A stretch of DNA of 64,000 bases from Eledone cirrhosa (taxonomy: Eukaryota): contig OZ024743.1 of the NCBI GenBank assembly GCA_964016885.1, positions 93,620,001 through 93,684,000 on the forward strand. Direction: 5' to 3'. The notes beneath the pieces are model-generated. The model saw only the letters and a program-made list of their open reading frames with translations, was not told the origin of the DNA and did not search any database. Positions 61,255 through 64,000 of this stretch are shown here, in pieces (the stretch's first letter is position 1; each line of letters opens with the position of its first letter). The position numbers and the translations under genes were made by a program.

Positions 61255-63124
61255 ATCATCATCATCATCATCATCGTTTAACGTCCATCTTCCACGCTAG
61301 CATGGGTCTGGACGGGAATTGTCCCACTTGAAGCAAGATTGGTTCTCTTGCTCAGGACTGTCTGGCGGGTTTTCTACGGCTGAATGTCCTTCCTAACACC
61401 AACCACGTTTACAGTGTGGACTGGGAGGTTTTTACCGTGTTACCTACATGGCCACTTTACAGCGTGGACTGTGTGTTTTTTTGTCGTGACACCTACACGA
61501 CCTCATTTGTTTCGGACTGGATGTTATGGTACCAACATAACTTCACATTTAAGGGGGTGGTATGGATGGGGTGGGGGTAGTGGGACGTTAGAGGTGCCTA
61601 CTTTCTGTAGGTTTCGCTTTGTACTTTGGCAAGGCGGGTCTTCTGTATAACTGTGTAGCGCCAAAGGTCTCGGTCCAGTGACATTGTCTTGGAGAGGTGT
61701 AAGTGTGTGAAGTCGGAATTTATCAAGTCGTCCCAGGTTTTTCTGGGTCTGCCTACTCCGTGGCTACCGTCTTTTTTTATCGCCCTGCACTTTTTTATAC
61801 AGCTGTCGTCTTTCATGCGCATCACGTGACCGTACCAACGTAGTCTTCTCTCGAGTAAACAACATCTGATCCCTCTTATTCCTAATTTCTCCCTTAGTTC
61901 GTTTATGCTTTGCCGTTCACATATATTACTATTACACATCCAGCGGAGCATGCAAGCTTCGTTTCTCTCCAGTCTGCGTATATCCTCTGCACACAATGCC
62001 CAGGTCTCACTGCCATGTAACATTGCTGTTCGTATGCAGGCATCATACAGCCTGCCTTTCATTTTTAGAGAGAACCCTTTAGCGGCCAATAGTGGTATAA
62101 GCTCTCTGAACTTTTTCTATCCCGTTCTGACTCTAGCTACTGTACTTTCAGAGCCCCCTCCCCCACTGCTGATTTTGTCACCCAGGTAACGGAAGCTGTC
62201 CACTATTTCTATAGCACCATATGTGCAATGGAATGAGTTAGTATTCTGTGGGCACTTGCTGCTACTTATTGCACCAGAGCACCGGCCACATATAAAATCT
62301 ATATCCTTAGTTAGCTTACCTGTGATCCCACTACATCTTTTATGTACCCATACTTTGCATTTGGGACACAAAATGGAGTTTCTGCCTACTCCTTTCCTAC
62401 ACACTGAGCATGGCCATTTCCCAGATGGGACCGGTGCCCTATTTTCCTTCCTACAAACTAGAACTTTAGTCTTAGCCAGGTTAATTTTAAGGCTTTTTGA
62501 TTTTAGGCCATGCTTCCATGTTTGGAATTTCTTCTCTAGTTCAGCCATTGATTCAGCTATGAGCGTTAGATCATCTGCATATAGGAGTTCCCATGGGCAG
62601 CCGGTCTTGAACTCCTCTGTTATAGCCTGAAGGGCAATAATAAATAGTAGGGGGCTAAATGACGGAGCCCTGATGAACACCAACTTTTACGCTAAACTCT
62701 TCACTATATTCGTTGTTAATTCTAACCTTGCTGACTGTTTCTTTATACATGGCTTGTATAGCTCTCACAAGCCATTCATCAACACCTAGTTTTCTAAGGG
62801 CCCACCAGATAATCGAGCGGGGGACTCTGTCAAAGGCTTTCTCCAAGTCAACACAAGCTAAGTATAGGGGTTTACTTTTAGCTAGGTACTTCCCCTGTAG
62901 TTGTCGTACAATGAAAAGAGCGTCTGTTGTACTTTTACCTGACACAAACCCGAACTGCATTTCGTTTAGATCAATTCGCTCTCTGATTAGTTGCGCTATT
63001 ACTTTTTCTGTGACCTTCATGACCTGGTCAATTAATTTAATGCCTCTATAGCTCCCCTATCTAGGGCATCACCTTTACCCTTGTAGCAGTTAATGATGAT
63101 GCTGCTGCGCCAGTCCTTTGGAAC
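61255..63124 (-). mobile_element. 5'-truncated RTE LINE with long 3' UTR and (ATG)n tail
   Basis: RT ORFs 62655-63020, 62117-62683, 61598-62089; same group as the 41400-44712 copy. Confidence 0.92.
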
Positions 63125-64000
63125 ATGCATCTTTTCTCGCAATGTCCTCTTCACATTTTTATCCCTAAGACGAGTAGCATTCAATCTTCTGGGCAGGGTA
63201 ACACCAGGTGCCCGGATTTTACGTTCAGTGATTAGTTTCACTTTTGCGCGTACCAGGCGGTGGTCCGTCCAGCACTCAGCTCCACGAAGAGCACGAACAC
63301 ACTGCACATCGCGTCTGTCATACATCCTGACAAGGACGTAGTCCAAAAGATGCCATTCCTTAGATGCAGGATGCATCCACGTGGTCTTAGATTTGTTCTT
63401 TTGCTGGACATGGTGTTGGTAACACACAGTTCCAGCTCCTCACACATCTGCAGCAGGAGCATACCATTGTTGTTACACTCTCCCACCCCATGCCTTCTGA
63501 TTACATTCCATGTGTTAAAATCCCTACCCACTCTAGCATTACAGTCACCAAGCACGATGACCTTGTCTGCCTGAGGGATATTTCTTAAAACACCTTTCAA
63601 GGCATGGTAAAAAGACACTTTTTCTTCATCGACAGAATTCATAGTTGGAACATACACACTCACCAGGGTCGCATATCTTCCTTTGCCCAGCGGAATTCTC
63701 ATGGACATAGACGCTCACTAATCCCCACTGGGAATTCTTCTAATTTATCCACAAGAGCAGTCTTAACAGCAAATCCTACCCCAGCCTCTCTTCTGGTTCC
63801 TTCATCTCTCCCTTTCCAGAAGAATGTATATTCTCCACAAAACTCTGTAAAATTACCATCTCTAGCTAACCTGGTCTCAGATACAGCTACGATGTCAAGA
63901 TCGTAATATCGAAGCTCCTTTGCAACAAGAGCGGTCCTTCGTTCAGGACGTTCCAAGGAATTCCTGTCAAGCAGCGTCCGTACGTTCAGCAGCCAATATT
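63125..64000 (-). mobile_element. RTE-BovB-like LINE endonuclease region
   Basis: RPERRTALVAKEL, SETRL, GVGFA, WMHPASKEWHLLDY, TDHRLV. Confidence 0.88.

Overview
AT-rich, repeat-dense animal genomic DNA; the repeat landscape suggests a mollusc, probably an octopus or other cephalopod (inference). The whole window lies inside one minus-strand ABCG2-like half ABC transporter gene. I resolved 15 GT-AG coding exons (56556 to 9525, 1581 nt, continuous frame); the first and last coding exons lie outside the window. The introns hold an >8.2 kb 47-bp satellite, hAT, piggyBac-like and TA-flanked MITEs, Helitrons, a deleted Gypsy element, CR1/L2-like and RTE LINEs, tRNA-derived SINEs and microsatellites. 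The most notable signal is a set of hammerhead ribozyme motifs, mostly beside (TA)n tracts: one canonical type I hammerhead (49201-49291), several minimal or variant ones, and a pair at the outer ends of a ~99% identical 572-bp inverted repeat (45086-46368). All coordinates and alignments were read by eye.
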